Numbered from the stretch's first letter, positions 1 to 9,957 are shown. The stretch is 64,000 bases of DNA from Micavibrio aeruginosavorus (GCA_003241285.1 QFOT01000001.1:4645-68644), one strand, 5' to 3'. The notes: generated from the sequence alone by a model not told the origin. Made by a program: numbers and translations.

Positions 1-1506
1 CGACACGTTGCGGGAAATTTCCTGCGTTGCCGATCCCTGTTCTTCGACGGCAGACGCGATAGTCGTCGAGATCGCATTGATGCGCTCAATTGTTTTTGAA
101 ATATCCGAGATCGATGTCACGGCCTGTGACGTGGCCGACCTGACCGAATTGATCTGATTGGTGATATCTTCTGTCGCCTGGCTGGTCTGCGTGGCAAGAT
201 TTTTAACTTCGTTGGCGACAACGGCAAAACCTTTGCCCGCTTCACCCGCCCGCGCCGCTTCGATCGTCGCGTTCAGCGCCAGCAGGTTGGTCTGGCTCGC
301 GATCTGGTTGATCATATCGACGACTTCGCCGATGCGTTCTGCGGCTTTGGATAATTCATTGACCTGTTCCGTTGTCTTGCGGCTTTCTTCTGTCGCAGAG
401 CCGACGACATTCGTTGCTTCGGACATCTGGCGGGAGATTTCAGTGACGGACGAACTAAGCTCTTCGGTTGCGGCAACGATAAGCTGAATGCTTTGAGAAG
501 ATTCTTCGGATGCCTGAGCCACTTTCTCCGCCCTCGCAGACGTAGCATCTGATTGAATTGTCATTTCGGCGGCATTTTCGTCGAGCTTTTGAACGGCTTG
601 TAAAACTGTTGCCAGGACATCCCCGACATTATGGTCGAATTCGCGCGAGAGGCGCTCGATTTCCAAAGCACGCTTTTCTTTTGCTTTTCTTTCTTCTTCT
701 TGAGAAAGGCTGAGCGCATCGGCCCGCTCAAGTGTCAGCCGTAATTCGTCAAGCGCGCGCGCCATGTCGCCGATCTCGTCCTTCCGGCTGATGCCGGCGA
801 CAGCCACGTTGAATTTCTTATTGCGAAGATCCTGCAAGGTAGAAGAAGTAACCTTGATCGGCGCTGCAATCTCGCGGCGGGCAATGAAGACAGAGATCGC
901 GATACCTGTAACCAGACCTGCAACCACGATAATAATACTCAGCCAGAAGCGCGTGTCATAAAATTTTTGTAATGAAGCCGAAGCATCGGCGATGTCTTTA
1001 TTGTTTAGATCGGCAAACTCGACGATTGATTTGTTAAACGCCTTGCGGTTATTGCGGTTAGCATCGTTGTCACCGAAAATGCGGGCAGCCGGTGCGCCTT
1101 CGACGCGGGCCAGCCTGACCGTTTCAGTTCTCGCCGTGACGAAATCTTTCGCGTCTTTCTCCATGATATCGAATTGCGGCTGCTGCTCTGGTGGCAGCAA
1201 AGCTTCCCATTCAGCCAATCGCTCTTGCAATTTACCAAGATTTTCCAAAAGCGGCTTGCCGAATTTCTCAACATCCTCGGCAGAGCTTGACATGTAAATG
1301 CCGCGTGAATCCATGACGACGGCGAGCACCAGCCCGTTGACCCGTTCTCCGAGAACCGCCCGTGCCGACGCCTGCTCTATTTCAGAAACACGTTGATTGA
1401 ATGTGCGAATACTGTCTATGCCGATCATGGCGACAACGGCTGTAACCACGGCCATAACAACGACGATAAGACTGATTTTCGTAATGATTTTTGCATTCTG
1501 CAACAT
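1..1506 (-). CDS. methyl-accepting chemotaxis protein (3' end runs off the window)
   Basis: Absent from the ORF track because it is open at the window edge. My minus-strand translation from ATG at 1506 gives [21 protein letters not shown]... (502 codons in frame to position 1). It shows an N-terminal TM, a second TM plus HAMP-like segment, and the conserved MCP signalling hairpin [39 protein letters not shown]. Confidence 0.9.
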   Translation of the reverse strand, partial: MLQNAKIITKISLIVVVMAVVTAVVAMIGIDSIRTFNQRVSEIEQASARAVLGERVNGLVLAVVMDSRGIYMSSSAEDVEKFGKPLLENLGKLQERLAEWEALLPPEQQPQFDIMEKDAKDFVTARTETVRLARVEGAPAARIFGDNDANRNNRKAFNKSIVEFADLNNKDIADASASLQKFYDTRFWLSIIIVVAGLVTGIAISVFIARREIAAPIKVTSSTLQDLRNKKFNVAVAGISRKDEIGDMARALDELRLTLERADALSLSQEEERKAKEKRALEIERLSREFDHNVGDVLATVLQAVQKLDENAAEMTIQSDATSARAEKVAQASEESSQSIQLIVAATEELSSSVTEISRQMSEATNVVGSATEESRKTTEQVNELSKAAERIGEVVDMINQIASQTNLLALNATIEAARAGEAGKGFAVVANEVKNLATQTSQATEDITNQINSVRSATSQAVTSISDISKTIERINAISTTIASAVEEQGSATQEISRNVS

Positions 1507-1591
1507 AAAGCGGCTCCTTGTTTCCGATTACGAGTGTATTCGGAAATGTTTAAGAAATTTCAACGACATTATAGAAACAAAAAAGCTCTAA

Positions 1592-2665
1592 TCAGAAATC
1601 GACAAGTATGCCAACCACAGCGCTTGTCGCATCAAATTCTTCACCGCCCGCAACATCTATTTTGTACTGCGACATGGATGATCTGAACTGCACGCCGGGA
1701 GATAGAGTATAGGAAAGTCCGCCAGTGTAGCGGTCGGTATCGATCTCGGTCCCGACATCGTCTTCCTTGTGATAATAGGAAAGCCCCAGCGTTAACTTAT
1801 CGATTTTATAATTACCGCCCACCGCCAGATAACTGACATCGTCATCCTCGCTGCCCTCGTCATCCACCTGATAGCTTACGCCGATACTGAAAGCGTCATA
1901 TCCCAGCACAAGACCCGCATTCCATGCATCGCGGTCTTCGGCACCACCTGTTTCCGCTGTCGCATGGGTATATCCTGCGCCGGTTGTGATTTTTACATCC
2001 TCGATAGTGCTTTGATACCTGAGCGCCATATCCCAGATGTCGCTGGTCGGTGCGGCGTCATCGCCGTCTATCGAATTACCGTTATTGCCGCGGGATGCGT
2101 CGAGCTCCGGCGTATAGGAAACTCCTGCCTGCAAGCCGCTATATAAGGGGGTTAAATAAGTAATCTTGTCATTCTTGGCGGATATATTATGATCGTAATC
2201 GGTTTCGCCGACCGGAACACCCAAAGCGGTGGTGTTTATCGGAACGATCTGCTGGCGAACGCCATCTATATCACGGTCGGCAGACGGCGCGGCGGTCTGG
2301 AGCAGGAAAGCCGCACCATCTTTTCCGCCGAAATTGATCTGCCCCCAATCACCGGACGCATACAGGAAGGTTTCATCCGTATCGAAATCGTCACCTGCAT
2401 CGGCCTGTCCCTCGACATGAACTCCGATCTTCAAACCGTTTTCGAGTGTCTTTTCGGCATTAAAGTGAATTTCCGAGGATCTCAATATACCTGTCTTATT
2501 AACACCGGGACCGGCAGATGCACTGTCCTGATCCGTGTAATTGCCATAGACCTTCATATATCCGCCCAGCTCTATATCAAAACCGTTTTCATTTTCGGCG
2601 GCGTGAGCAGGGATCGCAAAAATGGCTGCGCACAGGCAGGTTAATATAGAAGCTTGAAATTTCAT
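1592..2665 (-). CDS. outer-membrane general porin, paralog 1 of 3
   Basis: ORF 1592..2677 with a likely ATG (MKFQ) at 2665. Signal peptide ends AHA/AE and the C-terminus is ...GILVDF. Collinear with the ORFs at 60568 and 61791 (shared DKITYLTP.YSG.QAGVSYTP, GNNGNS and DRYTGG motifs). Confidence 0.85.
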   Translation of the reverse strand: MKFQASILTCLCAAIFAIPAHAAENENGFDIELGGYMKVYGNYTDQDSASAGPGVNKTGILRSSEIHFNAEKTLENGLKIGVHVEGQADAGDDFDTDETFLYASGDWGQINFGGKDGAAFLLQTAAPSADRDIDGVRQQIVPINTTALGVPVGETDYDHNISAKNDKITYLTPLYSGLQAGVSYTPELDASRGNNGNSIDGDDAAPTSDIWDMALRYQSTIEDVKITTGAGYTHATAETGGAEDRDAWNAGLVLGYDAFSIGVSYQVDDEGSEDDDVSYLAVGGNYKIDKLTLGLSYYHKEDDVGTEIDTDRYTGGLSYTLSPGVQFRSSMSQYKIDVAGGEEFDATSAVVGILVDF

Positions 2666-2748
2666 GGCGGAGCCCAAATAAAAATAGGAATAAGATTGCA
2701 GAAAATCCTATCTATTTTTCAATGGAATGCAAATCTATTTGTAGAAAC

Positions 2749-3453
2749 TTATTTGATCAGGTCAAAAATAGTCTGCTGCAACGCCTCAATACCGGTTTTT
2801 TCGCGTGAGCTTACCGGGTGGATGAGCGGAAAGGCTGCCGGTGACTTTTTAAGATAAGTCTCAACAAAATCAGTGACCTGCTCTAGATCCTTTTTCTTAA
2901 CCTCGTCGATTTTGGTCAGAATGACGCGATAGGAAACAGCCGCCTCGTCCAGCATTTTCATCATCTGCCGGTCCGTATCCTTAAGCCCGTGACGAGAGTC
3001 GACCAGCACAAAGGCCGATCTTAAATTAGGTCTGCCGCGAAGATAATCTTTTATCAGCAGATCCCAGGTCGCCTGCATCTGCTTGGAAACCTTGGCGTAA
3101 CCATAGCCGGGCATATCGACGAGATGGAATTTATCACCTGTGTTGAAAAAATTAAGCTGCTGCGTCCGGCCGGGCGTTTTTGATACATGCGCGATATCGC
3201 GCCCCATGATCGCATTGATCAGCGATGATTTCCCGACATTGGACCTTCCGGCAAAAGCCACTTCCGGCAGTGAGAAATCGGGTAATTGCCCGAGCTGGGC
3301 AACGCCGAAAACGAAATCGCATTTCCCGCCGAAAAGTTTTCGAAGATGTTCAGGCGGCAAACTCACTTTACTTATCTTCCGTTTTCTTGCTGTCTTTTCC
3401 TTCAGCGGCATCGAGAAGTCTATCTTCGGCATCGAACAAAGCTTCTTCAACAT
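2749..3453 (-). CDS. engB: ribosome-biogenesis GTPase EngB/YsxC/YihA
   Basis: G1 motif GRSNVGKSSLINA, G3 DMPGYGY, G4-like TKID. Lies directly downstream of yidC. The 5' end overlaps the yidC 3' end, so the true start may be an internal Met (3432 or 3411). Confidence 0.9.
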   Translation of the reverse strand: MLKKLCSMPKIDFSMPLKEKTARKRKISKVSLPPEHLRKLFGGKCDFVFGVAQLGQLPDFSLPEVAFAGRSNVGKSSLINAIMGRDIAHVSKTPGRTQQLNFFNTGDKFHLVDMPGYGYAKVSKQMQATWDLLIKDYLRGRPNLRSAFVLVDSRHGLKDTDRQMMKMLDEAAVSYRVILTKIDEVKKKDLEQVTDFVETYLKKSPAAFPLIHPVSSREKTGIEALQQTIFDLIK

Positions 3454-5284
3454 CGATTACTTTATGCTTCAGATATTCCTTCTCGGCTTTGGCCTTGGTC
3501 ACGACATCTTCCAATGCCGTTTTATGGCTTGCCGCATGAGCCAGCGCCTCGTCCTTTTCAAACAGATATACCGGCACGCCCATTTTCTTCATGATCGCAT
3601 ATTGCTGGATGAAAGAAATCAGGTTTGAAAATGTCCAGTAAATCACAAGACCTGACGGGAATTTCGACAGGACGAAAGTCATAACCCATGGCATAAAACG
3701 CATCATGTCTTTCTGGATCGCATCTGTCGGCGGCGGGTTGAGTTTTTGCTGCAGGAGCATCAGGATCAGCATGGCAATCGACCATGGCCCGATATGCAGA
3801 ACTCCCGGCACTTCAAAAGGCAACAACCCGAAAAGATTGAACACGCTTAAAGGATCCTGCTCGGACAAATCCTTGATCCAGCCAAAGAACGGCGCATGGC
3901 GCATTTCAATGGCGATAGAGATAACCTTGTATACCGCAAAGAAGATCGGAATCTGCAGGAGAAGCGGGAAACATCCGGCCATCGGATTGACGCGCTCGGT
4001 TTCATACAGCTTGATCAGCTCCTGCTGCAATTTCGGTTTGTCGTTTGCGTATTTGACGCGAAGCTCCGCCATGCGCGGCGCAACGACTTTCATTTTGGCG
4101 AAAGATTTATAGGAGGCGTTCGCCAGCGGGAAAACAGCCAGGCGCACAAGACAGGTCAAAAGGATAATCGCGATCCCGAAATTTCCGACCCATGAATTGA
4201 ACAGCGTCAGGAAGAAATACATCGGGCGTGTCAGGAAATACAGAATGCCGAAATCGACCGCGAGGTCCAGATGCTTGACGCCTATTTTGGATTCATAGGT
4301 ATCGAGAATATCTATTTTCTTGGCACCGACAAAAATATGGGCTTTGTCTTCGCCAATGCCGTCTTTTCCTATATTCACAGCCTCGCCGCGTATATCGACC
4401 TGGAACAATGTCTGCTCTTCCGGTTCAGCCGGAACGGAGGTAAAGCGGTAAGTATGCTTAGCTGTTTGCTCTGGGATTACCGACGACATCCAGTATTTCT
4501 CGCCAAAACCGATCCATCCGTTCGTTCCCTCGAAGGACTGGTTCGGTTCTTTGATCAGCTTGGCATATTTAATCTCATGCAGGTCTTCGCCGACATAGCC
4601 AATAGGCCCTTCATAACCAACGGTTGAGCTGTGATGCGGAATGCCTTTGCGTGTAATCGATGAATACGGATAAAGCGTGACGGCCTTGCCTGAAGCGTTC
4701 GTTACTTTCTGCGTAACCGTAAACATGAAATTATCGTCGATCTCGATCCGGCGCTCAAAAACCAGACCGGCGCCGTTATCCCATTGCAAAATAAGTGGAG
4801 ATTTTGGTGTCAACTCTTCTTCGCCGGAAACTTTTTTCCAGACGGATGTTTTGCTTGGCACCGCGATCGAAGCATCATCGGCGATCCAGCCATTCTCCGC
4901 ATAATAAGGATTGGCCGTGCCGAGCGGTGAATACATAGTCACCGGTTCGTTGCCATTTAAAGTCGTAAAATAATTTTTTAGTTGAACGTCATCGATACGC
5001 GCGCCGGTCAAGGAAATCGTGCCTTCGATTTGCGGGGAGCTGAATTTTACGCGGCCTTCTTCGGAAACGATTTCGAAGCGCGGGCGAACGACATTGGTTT
5101 CTGCGGTGGCAGTCGGCGCCGGTTTTGCCGCAGCCGCTATGGCCGCTTGCTGGCGGGCAGCTTCTACTTTTGGCTTCATGACAAAATGATCGAAACCGAA
5201 CCACAGCACGATGGCGCAGGCAAGGAAGATGATCAGGTTGCGGATATCCTGAGGATGCATGCCGTTTTGGTTATTGTCGTTCAT
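3368..5284 (-). CDS. yidC: membrane protein insertase YidC
   Basis: 638 aa with an N-terminal TM, a large periplasmic domain and a C-terminal multi-TM core (…FFGWIKDLSEQDP…). Synteny is rpmH-rnpA-yidD-yidC. Confidence 0.95.
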   Translation of the reverse strand: MNDNNQNGMHPQDIRNLIIFLACAIVLWFGFDHFVMKPKVEAARQQAAIAAAAKPAPTATAETNVVRPRFEIVSEEGRVKFSSPQIEGTISLTGARIDDVQLKNYFTTLNGNEPVTMYSPLGTANPYYAENGWIADDASIAVPSKTSVWKKVSGEEELTPKSPLILQWDNGAGLVFERRIEIDDNFMFTVTQKVTNASGKAVTLYPYSSITRKGIPHHSSTVGYEGPIGYVGEDLHEIKYAKLIKEPNQSFEGTNGWIGFGEKYWMSSVIPEQTAKHTYRFTSVPAEPEEQTLFQVDIRGEAVNIGKDGIGEDKAHIFVGAKKIDILDTYESKIGVKHLDLAVDFGILYFLTRPMYFFLTLFNSWVGNFGIAIILLTCLVRLAVFPLANASYKSFAKMKVVAPRMAELRVKYANDKPKLQQELIKLYETERVNPMAGCFPLLLQIPIFFAVYKVISIAIEMRHAPFFGWIKDLSEQDPLSVFNLFGLLPFEVPGVLHIGPWSIAMLILMLLQQKLNPPPTDAIQKDMMRFMPWVMTFVLSKFPSGLVIYWTFSNLISFIQQYAIMKKMGVPVYLFEKDEALAHAASHKTALEDVVTKAKAEKEYLKHKVIDVEEALFDAEDRLLDAAEGKDSKKTEDK

Positions 5285-5296
5285 TTTACTTAGCCT

Positions 5297-5590
5297 TTAA
5301 TTTTGATTTTTGGTCTTATAGCCCAATAGGTTGCGCCACGCAAACCGCTCCGGCACCGGGTCGATCCATGGTGTTTTAATCCATGGATTGCATTTCACGA
5401 TACGGATCAGGCCCAAAGTTAACCCTTTGGCGGCCCCGTGCTTTTCCAGCGCCTCATGCATATAGCACGAACAGGTTGGAGAAAAACGGCATTGATTGCC
5501 CATAAAGGGCGATAGTGTCTTTTGGTAAATCAGGACGAAAAACTGCAGAAGTCTTTTCATCCTTTCAGAAGCTCCAGTTTTTTCAGGCAC
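5297..5590 (-). CDS. yidD: membrane protein insertion efficiency factor YidD
   Basis: 97 aa with the CRFSPTCSCY motif. Positioned between rnpA and yidC. Confidence 0.9.
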   Translation of the reverse strand: MPEKTGASERMKRLLQFFVLIYQKTLSPFMGNQCRFSPTCSCYMHEALEKHGAAKGLTLGLIRIVKCNPWIKTPWIDPVPERFAWRNLLGYKTKNQN

Positions 5591-5943
5591 CAGATCAGGT
5601 CTCTTTTTAACTGCTCGAAATCCCGGTCAGCCGTGCCAAATCTTCCCGTTACCATATAATCCATATTTTCAACGGCTTGGCTGGGCAAAACCTCACATGC
5701 CGCCGCTTTCAATCTCCGCTTGATACGATTGCGATCATGGGCACGTTTAGCGGTTTTTTTGCTGCAGGAAATGCACAGCCCGTAAGGCTCCGGTCCTTTC
5801 CGCTTATTTTCAAAGCGCGGCAAGGCTTGTAAAACAAGGCCTTCCGCCGTCCAGCGTTTTTCGCGGGATTTGCGCAGAACGTCAAAAGCCGCCTGAGGTC
5901 CCAGACGGCTGATGTTGTTCATTTGCTCTTTAGAAGCCTGCAT
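5557..5943 (-). CDS. rnpA: RNase P protein component
   Basis: 128-aa basic protein immediately downstream of rpmH. Contains the KRAHDRNRIKRRLK (RNR-type) motif. Confidence 0.85.
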   Translation of the reverse strand: MQASKEQMNNISRLGPQAAFDVLRKSREKRWTAEGLVLQALPRFENKRKGPEPYGLCISCSKKTAKRAHDRNRIKRRLKAAACEVLPSQAVENMDYMVTGRFGTADRDFEQLKRDLIWCLKKLELLKG

Positions 5944-5969
5944 TTGGGCCTCCTATATATAAAGAGTAA

Positions 5970-6110
5970 TTAGGCGCTTAAAACTTTGCGGCCTTTGGCG
6001 CGGCGGCGAGCCAAAACTTTTTGACCGTTGGCAGTTGCCATGCGTGAGCGGAAACCGTGGCGGCGAGCGCGAACAAGGTTGGATGGTTGATAGGTGCGTT
6101 TGGTAGCCAT
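5970..6110 (-). CDS. rpmH: 50S ribosomal protein L34
   Basis: Too short for the ORF track. My translation is [46 protein letters not shown], a textbook L34. The track ORF 5978..6196 is a different frame across the same DNA. Confidence 0.95.
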   Translation of the reverse strand: MATKRTYQPSNLVRARRHGFRSRMATANGQKVLARRRAKGRKVLSA

Positions 6111-6173
6111 AGTTGTATCTCCGTAAAAATTCTATGCCGTGTATAAAGGATCGGAGCTTTAAGAGTCAACCAT

Positions 6174-6182
6174 TTATCCACA
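6174..6182 (+). promoter_or_regulatory. perfect DnaA-box 9-mer (TTATCCACA)
   Basis: Exact consensus 9-mer in the AT-rich divergent intergenic region between rpmH (-) and ORF 6299 (+). Confidence 0.35.
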
Positions 6183-6298
6183 AATAAGGATTGCATTCTT
6201 TATTTATTATGTAATATAAATTTATTTCGATTATGTCTTTTTTATTAACCATCAATGGCTTAATCTCTTGGCACGAATAACTCGAGGAATTCTTATAC

Positions 6299-6919
6299 AT
6301 GTACGAAGACAATAACTGGGCTGCCGTCACCGGCGAAGAACTTGACGGATTTTTGAGCCAGATTGGCCAGATCGACGGTAAATACTCCACTTCCGGCCAA
6401 TCCACCGAAGTTTCCTACCGTATGCTTCCTTTCTATGACAATGTCGCGCTGATCCGCCTGAAAGACCGCTCTTGGGGCAAGCCGAAGCTGGCTATCTATT
6501 ACCTGACCATGGAAGGCAATCTGTTCCGCCTGAACGGCACCTCCCCGCCGATCCATGAAGTAAACGCCAAGGCACCTGTCAAAATCACGGATGATAACGT
6601 GCTCGAATATTTACGCTTTTTCTGCTTTTTCGTTCGCGGCGAGGAAGGCCCGTTCCTGATTGCCGAAACAATGGATGACCCGTATATCCCGGCTAATCTC
6701 GACCCGAAAACTAAAGCGGTTATCGAAGGCACGGTTCGCGCCGCATCCTACGAAGGCAAGAACGAGCAAGGCTATTTCATGTGCGATGCTGTCGTTTATT
6801 ATTCCAACGCGCTTTTTATCGCGAATTTCGCTGTTCAGCCGTCAGGCATGATCGAAATGCTCGACGATGAGCCGATTGCCGCTGATCTCGGCGTTAAGGT
6901 CGACGCACCTGTAACCTGA
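6299..6919 (+). CDS. conserved hypothetical protein, unknown family, paralog of 26723..27334
   Basis: 206 aa with no signal peptide. Shares a collinear core with the 203-aa ORF at 26723..27334: NAKAPVKITDDNVLEYLRFFCFFVRGEEGPFLIAETMDD versus NENAPVALNEKTVIDYARFFFSFVRGRHGRFIIIESVDD. Confidence 0.7.
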   Translation: MYEDNNWAAVTGEELDGFLSQIGQIDGKYSTSGQSTEVSYRMLPFYDNVALIRLKDRSWGKPKLAIYYLTMEGNLFRLNGTSPPIHEVNAKAPVKITDDNVLEYLRFFCFFVRGEEGPFLIAETMDDPYIPANLDPKTKAVIEGTVRAASYEGKNEQGYFMCDAVVYYSNALFIANFAVQPSGMIEMLDDEPIAADLGVKVDAPVT

Positions 6920-6920
6920 T

Positions 6921-6946
6921 GTCATCCCTGCGAAAGCAGGGATCTC
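6921..6946 (+). repeat. type-A palindromic REP/MITE-like element (gtcatccctgcgaaagcagggatctc)
   Basis: 26-nt unit containing the hairpin ccctgc-gaaa-gcaggg. One of about 10 copies in the window. It creates the spurious N-terminal extension MSSLRKQGS of track ORF 6919. Confidence 0.9.
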
Positions 6947-6981
6947 TTTGCAAAATCTGCAAAGCCGCCTATGTTCCCCAT

Positions 6982-8196
6982 ATGGCGAAATCTAAAAACA
7001 ACTATGACATCATCATTGTCGGCGGCGGCCTTTCAGGCCTTACGCTTGCCTGCCTTTTAGGCACGCATAATTTTTCGGTTCTCTGCCTCGACCGCGACGT
7101 GCCCGCGAATAACAATGCCAATGCCCGCGCTACGGTTTTATCGCACGGCACGAGCCTTGTTTTGAAAGAAGCCGGGCTTTGGGACAAGATCGAGCCCCTC
7201 GCCTGCCCTATTTACAAAATCGATATTCTCGATGGAAATTCACCTGTGCTGATGGATTTTCTGTCAAGCGATGTCGGCGGCAAAGCCTTCGGCCATAACA
7301 TTGAAAATTCTCTTCTGCTAAACCTGCTCGAGCAAAAAATTAAAAAACTCAAAACAGTAAATCATCTAACGTCGACAGAAATTGCCGACATCCGGACAGA
7401 TGACGCCGCCGCTTATATCACGACAAAAGACAAGAAAAAATATTCCGCGCCGCTTCTGATTGGCGCGGATGGCCGCAATTCCTTTATCCGGAAATTTTTA
7501 AATATCACGACACATGGCTGGAACTATGAGCAGACGGCGATCGTCGCCATTTTGGAACATAAAAATCCGCACAACAATGTAGCCATCGAACATTTCAGAA
7601 GCGAAGGTCCGTTGGCAATTCTTCCATTGAGCAATGACGCGACAGGCAATCACCGCTCGACTCTCGTCTGGACGGTTGAGACGCGCAACGCAAAATCTTT
7701 TCTCGATATGGACGAAGATGTTTTTAATACTGCAATCGCCGCCCGCATTCCGCATTCCTATGGCAGAATTACACTTGTCTCGAAGCGCATGTCGTATCCG
7801 CTATCCCTGCAACACGCGCATCACTATATCGGAAACCGCATTGCCTTGATCGCTGACGCTGCACATGGTATGCACCCGATTGCAGGGCAGGGCCTCAACA
7901 TGGGTATGCGTGATATAAAATCATTATCCGATATTCTGATCGATGCGCGAAATACCAAAAAAGACTTCGGCTCTGACAGCATTTTAACAAAATACCAGCG
8001 CGCGCGTCATTTCGACAATATGACGATGATGGCGGCGACCGATGCGCTGAACAAACTTTTTTCGAACGACCTTCCCTTCGTCGGACATCTGCGCCGCATC
8101 GGCGTTGCCGCGATCAACAAAATTCCACCCGCCAAGCGTTTCTTTATGCATCAGGCTATGGGTCTAAAAAGCCGCCGTCATTGCGAGAAGCGTTAG
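6982..8196 (+). CDS. FAD-dependent ubiquinone-biosynthesis hydroxylase, UbiH/UbiF/VisC/COQ6 family
   Basis: Likely start is MAKSKNNYDIIIVGGGLSGL (GxGxxG). Also GADGRNSFIRK and ALIADAAHGMHPIAGQGLNMGMRD motifs. The last codons (RRHCEKR-stop) lie inside repeat element B1. Confidence 0.85.
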   Translation: MAKSKNNYDIIIVGGGLSGLTLACLLGTHNFSVLCLDRDVPANNNANARATVLSHGTSLVLKEAGLWDKIEPLACPIYKIDILDGNSPVLMDFLSSDVGGKAFGHNIENSLLLNLLEQKIKKLKTVNHLTSTEIADIRTDDAAAYITTKDKKKYSAPLLIGADGRNSFIRKFLNITTHGWNYEQTAIVAILEHKNPHNNVAIEHFRSEGPLAILPLSNDATGNHRSTLVWTVETRNAKSFLDMDEDVFNTAIAARIPHSYGRITLVSKRMSYPLSLQHAHHYIGNRIALIADAAHGMHPIAGQGLNMGMRDIKSLSDILIDARNTKKDFGSDSILTKYQRARHFDNMTMMAATDALNKLFSNDLPFVGHLRRIGVAAINKIPPAKRFFMHQAMGLKSRRHCEKR

Positions 8197-8263
8197 CGAC
8201 GCGGCAATCCAGATTTAGCAGTTTTGAAATATTCTGGATTGCTTCGCTTGCGCTCGCAATGAC
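8177..8263. repeat. type-B inverted-repeat element (gtcattgcgag...gcaatccag / ctggattgc...ctcgcaatgac)
   Basis: Two ~30-36-nt arms in inverted orientation around a ~21-nt spacer. A second copy with the same architecture lies at 41978..42072. Confidence 0.85.
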
Positions 8264-8307
8264 AACGAAGACTTTGCAAAGCAACATAAGAGGCCTATGT
8301 TGATTAA

Positions 8308-9405
8308 ATGACCAAAACTCCTGAAAAAAAGAAAATCAATCTCGCACTTCAAGGCGGCGGTAGCCACGGCGCGTTCACATGGGGTGTGCTTGATGAAATC
8401 CTTCGCGATGGGCGCCTTGATTTTGACTCCATCACCGCAACTTCCGCCGGCTCGATGAACGCCGCTATTATGCTCTACGGCCTGCATAAAGGCGGCAATG
8501 AGGGTGCGCGCGAACTCCTGGAAACTTTCTGGCGACGCACCTCCGAGGCAGGCTCATGTTTCAATCCGCTCTCGCAAGTTAACAGCAACTATCTTGAAAA
8601 ATTCTTTCCATGGATCCCCAAGCCTTTTTTGAATAACGCCGCAGGCCTTAATTATCTGGAGAATGTCGGACAGACGATTTCCCCCTACCGCTCCAATCCG
8701 CTCAATCTCAATCCGTTGCGCGACATTCTGGCCTCGCTGATCGATTTCGACAATCTGCCGGAAACATCCCGGTGGAAAGTTTTTATTTCCGCGACCAATG
8801 TCCGCATCGGTGAATCGCGCGTCTTTAAAAACGAAGAGATCACGCTCGACGTCTTGATGGCTTCTGCCGCCCTGCCTTATTTGTTTCAGGCGGTCGAGAT
8901 CGACGGCGATTTCTACTGGGATGGCGGCTATACGGGTAATCCTTCTCTCTGGCCGCTTTTCTATGAATCCGAAACGCGGGATCTGTTGATCGTCCACGTC
9001 AATCCTCTCAAGCGGCCCGAATTGCCCAAGGAAGCTTATGAGATTGAAAACCGCCTGAACGAGATCACGTTCAACTCCTCGCTGCTCGATGAGCTTCGCG
9101 CCATCCAGTTTGTTCAAAAACTGCTTGAGAAGGACATGCTCAAGGACGAATTCAAGGACCGCTATAAGGATATCCGCCTGCATGCCATACGCTCCGAGGA
9201 AACCATGCGGGAATTTGGCGTTTCATCTAAATACGACACGAGCTGGCATTTCCTGACCAGTCTTCGGGATGCCGGCCGCGACGTCGCCAGGACGTGGCTC
9301 AAAAACCATTTCAAGGATATCGGGGAAACCGGCACGGTCGATATCCAGCGGGACTATCTTTCACCCGAAAAAGAGCTGAACCAGAAAATGGTCAGGAAGA
9401 AATAA
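8308..9405 (+). CDS. patatin-like phospholipase
   Basis: Oxyanion-hole motif GGGSHGAFTWGVLD, nucleophile elbow ATSAGS (GxSxG-like) and catalytic Asp motif WDGGYTGNPS. Confidence 0.85.
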   Translation: MTKTPEKKKINLALQGGGSHGAFTWGVLDEILRDGRLDFDSITATSAGSMNAAIMLYGLHKGGNEGARELLETFWRRTSEAGSCFNPLSQVNSNYLEKFFPWIPKPFLNNAAGLNYLENVGQTISPYRSNPLNLNPLRDILASLIDFDNLPETSRWKVFISATNVRIGESRVFKNEEITLDVLMASAALPYLFQAVEIDGDFYWDGGYTGNPSLWPLFYESETRDLLIVHVNPLKRPELPKEAYEIENRLNEITFNSSLLDELRAIQFVQKLLEKDMLKDEFKDRYKDIRLHAIRSEETMREFGVSSKYDTSWHFLTSLRDAGRDVARTWLKNHFKDIGETGTVDIQRDYLSPEKELNQKMVRKK

Positions 9406-9420
9406 ATCTTCCCTTGAGCT

Positions 9421-9446
9421 GTCATCCCCGCGCAGGCGGGGATCTC
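9421..9446 (+). repeat. type-A element variant (gtcatccccgcgcaggcggggatctc)
   Basis: Same flanks (gtcat...gatctc) as type A, with a compensated stem ccccgc/gcgggg. Confidence 0.8.
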
Positions 9447-9470
9447 TCTCCCTTAATAAATACTTAAAAT

Positions 9471-9499
9471 TTGAGATATATGCTTATTTGCACTATACT
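9471..9499 (+). promoter_or_regulatory. putative sigma70-type promoter (TTGAGA-17-TATACT)
   Basis: Hexamers with 17-nt spacing about 30 nt upstream of ORF 9529. Sequence match only. Confidence 0.35.
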
Positions 9500-9528
9500 C
9501 ATGAGAAGAAGAAAAAGGGTGTGCAATA

Positions 9529-9957
9529 GTGCTGAATACGGAAACTATGGACCGGCCAGTCGATCCTAAAATCGCCGATGAAGACGATATCGACGTCTTC
9601 GCCGCCCGTGAGGGAGATAATTCAAAATATGTGATCGCCGCCGATGCACCCGTGCTGCCCTCTTTGGCCAGCCGCTGCAATACCGAGCTCGTGGTCAAGG
9701 ATGACGGATCGTCCATGGTGCTGTTCGATGCGCCGATGCCCGATGCCGTTCACTGGGTCGAATATGATATGGATCTTGACAGTCTGACCTTTGTCACATG
9801 GCGCGGGGCGATTTTCTCGCTCGGCATGAAAATCCACAAACCGTTTAGAAAATACTTAAGCAAAAAATTTGAAATTTACCTGGTCGAAATGGGCGAAGGC
9901 AAAGAGATGCGGATGATGGATATCGTCCCGCTGATCGTCCGTAGAATCGGGATATAG
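9529..9957 (+). CDS. hypothetical protein (142 aa)
   Basis: ORF only, with GTG at 9529 or ATG at 9547. Ends 11 nt before the next gene, so it is probably co-transcribed. No motif recognised. Confidence 0.5.
   Translation: MLNTETMDRPVDPKIADEDDIDVFAAREGDNSKYVIAADAPVLPSLASRCNTELVVKDDGSSMVLFDAPMPDAVHWVEYDMDLDSLTFVTWRGAIFSLGMKIHKPFRKYLSKKFEIYLVEMGEGKEMRMMDIVPLIVRRIGI

Noticed and set aside
5978-6196. 72-aa track ORF over the rpmH locus.
   Set aside because: It is in the wrong frame. The adjacent frame encodes a perfect 46-aa ribosomal protein L34 (5970..6110).
6111-6298. Calling this spacer the chromosomal origin (oriC).
   Set aside because: It has a single perfect DnaA box, no cluster of boxes, no adjacent dnaA, and gene strand orientation switches several more times within the window. 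I kept it only as a low-interest finding.
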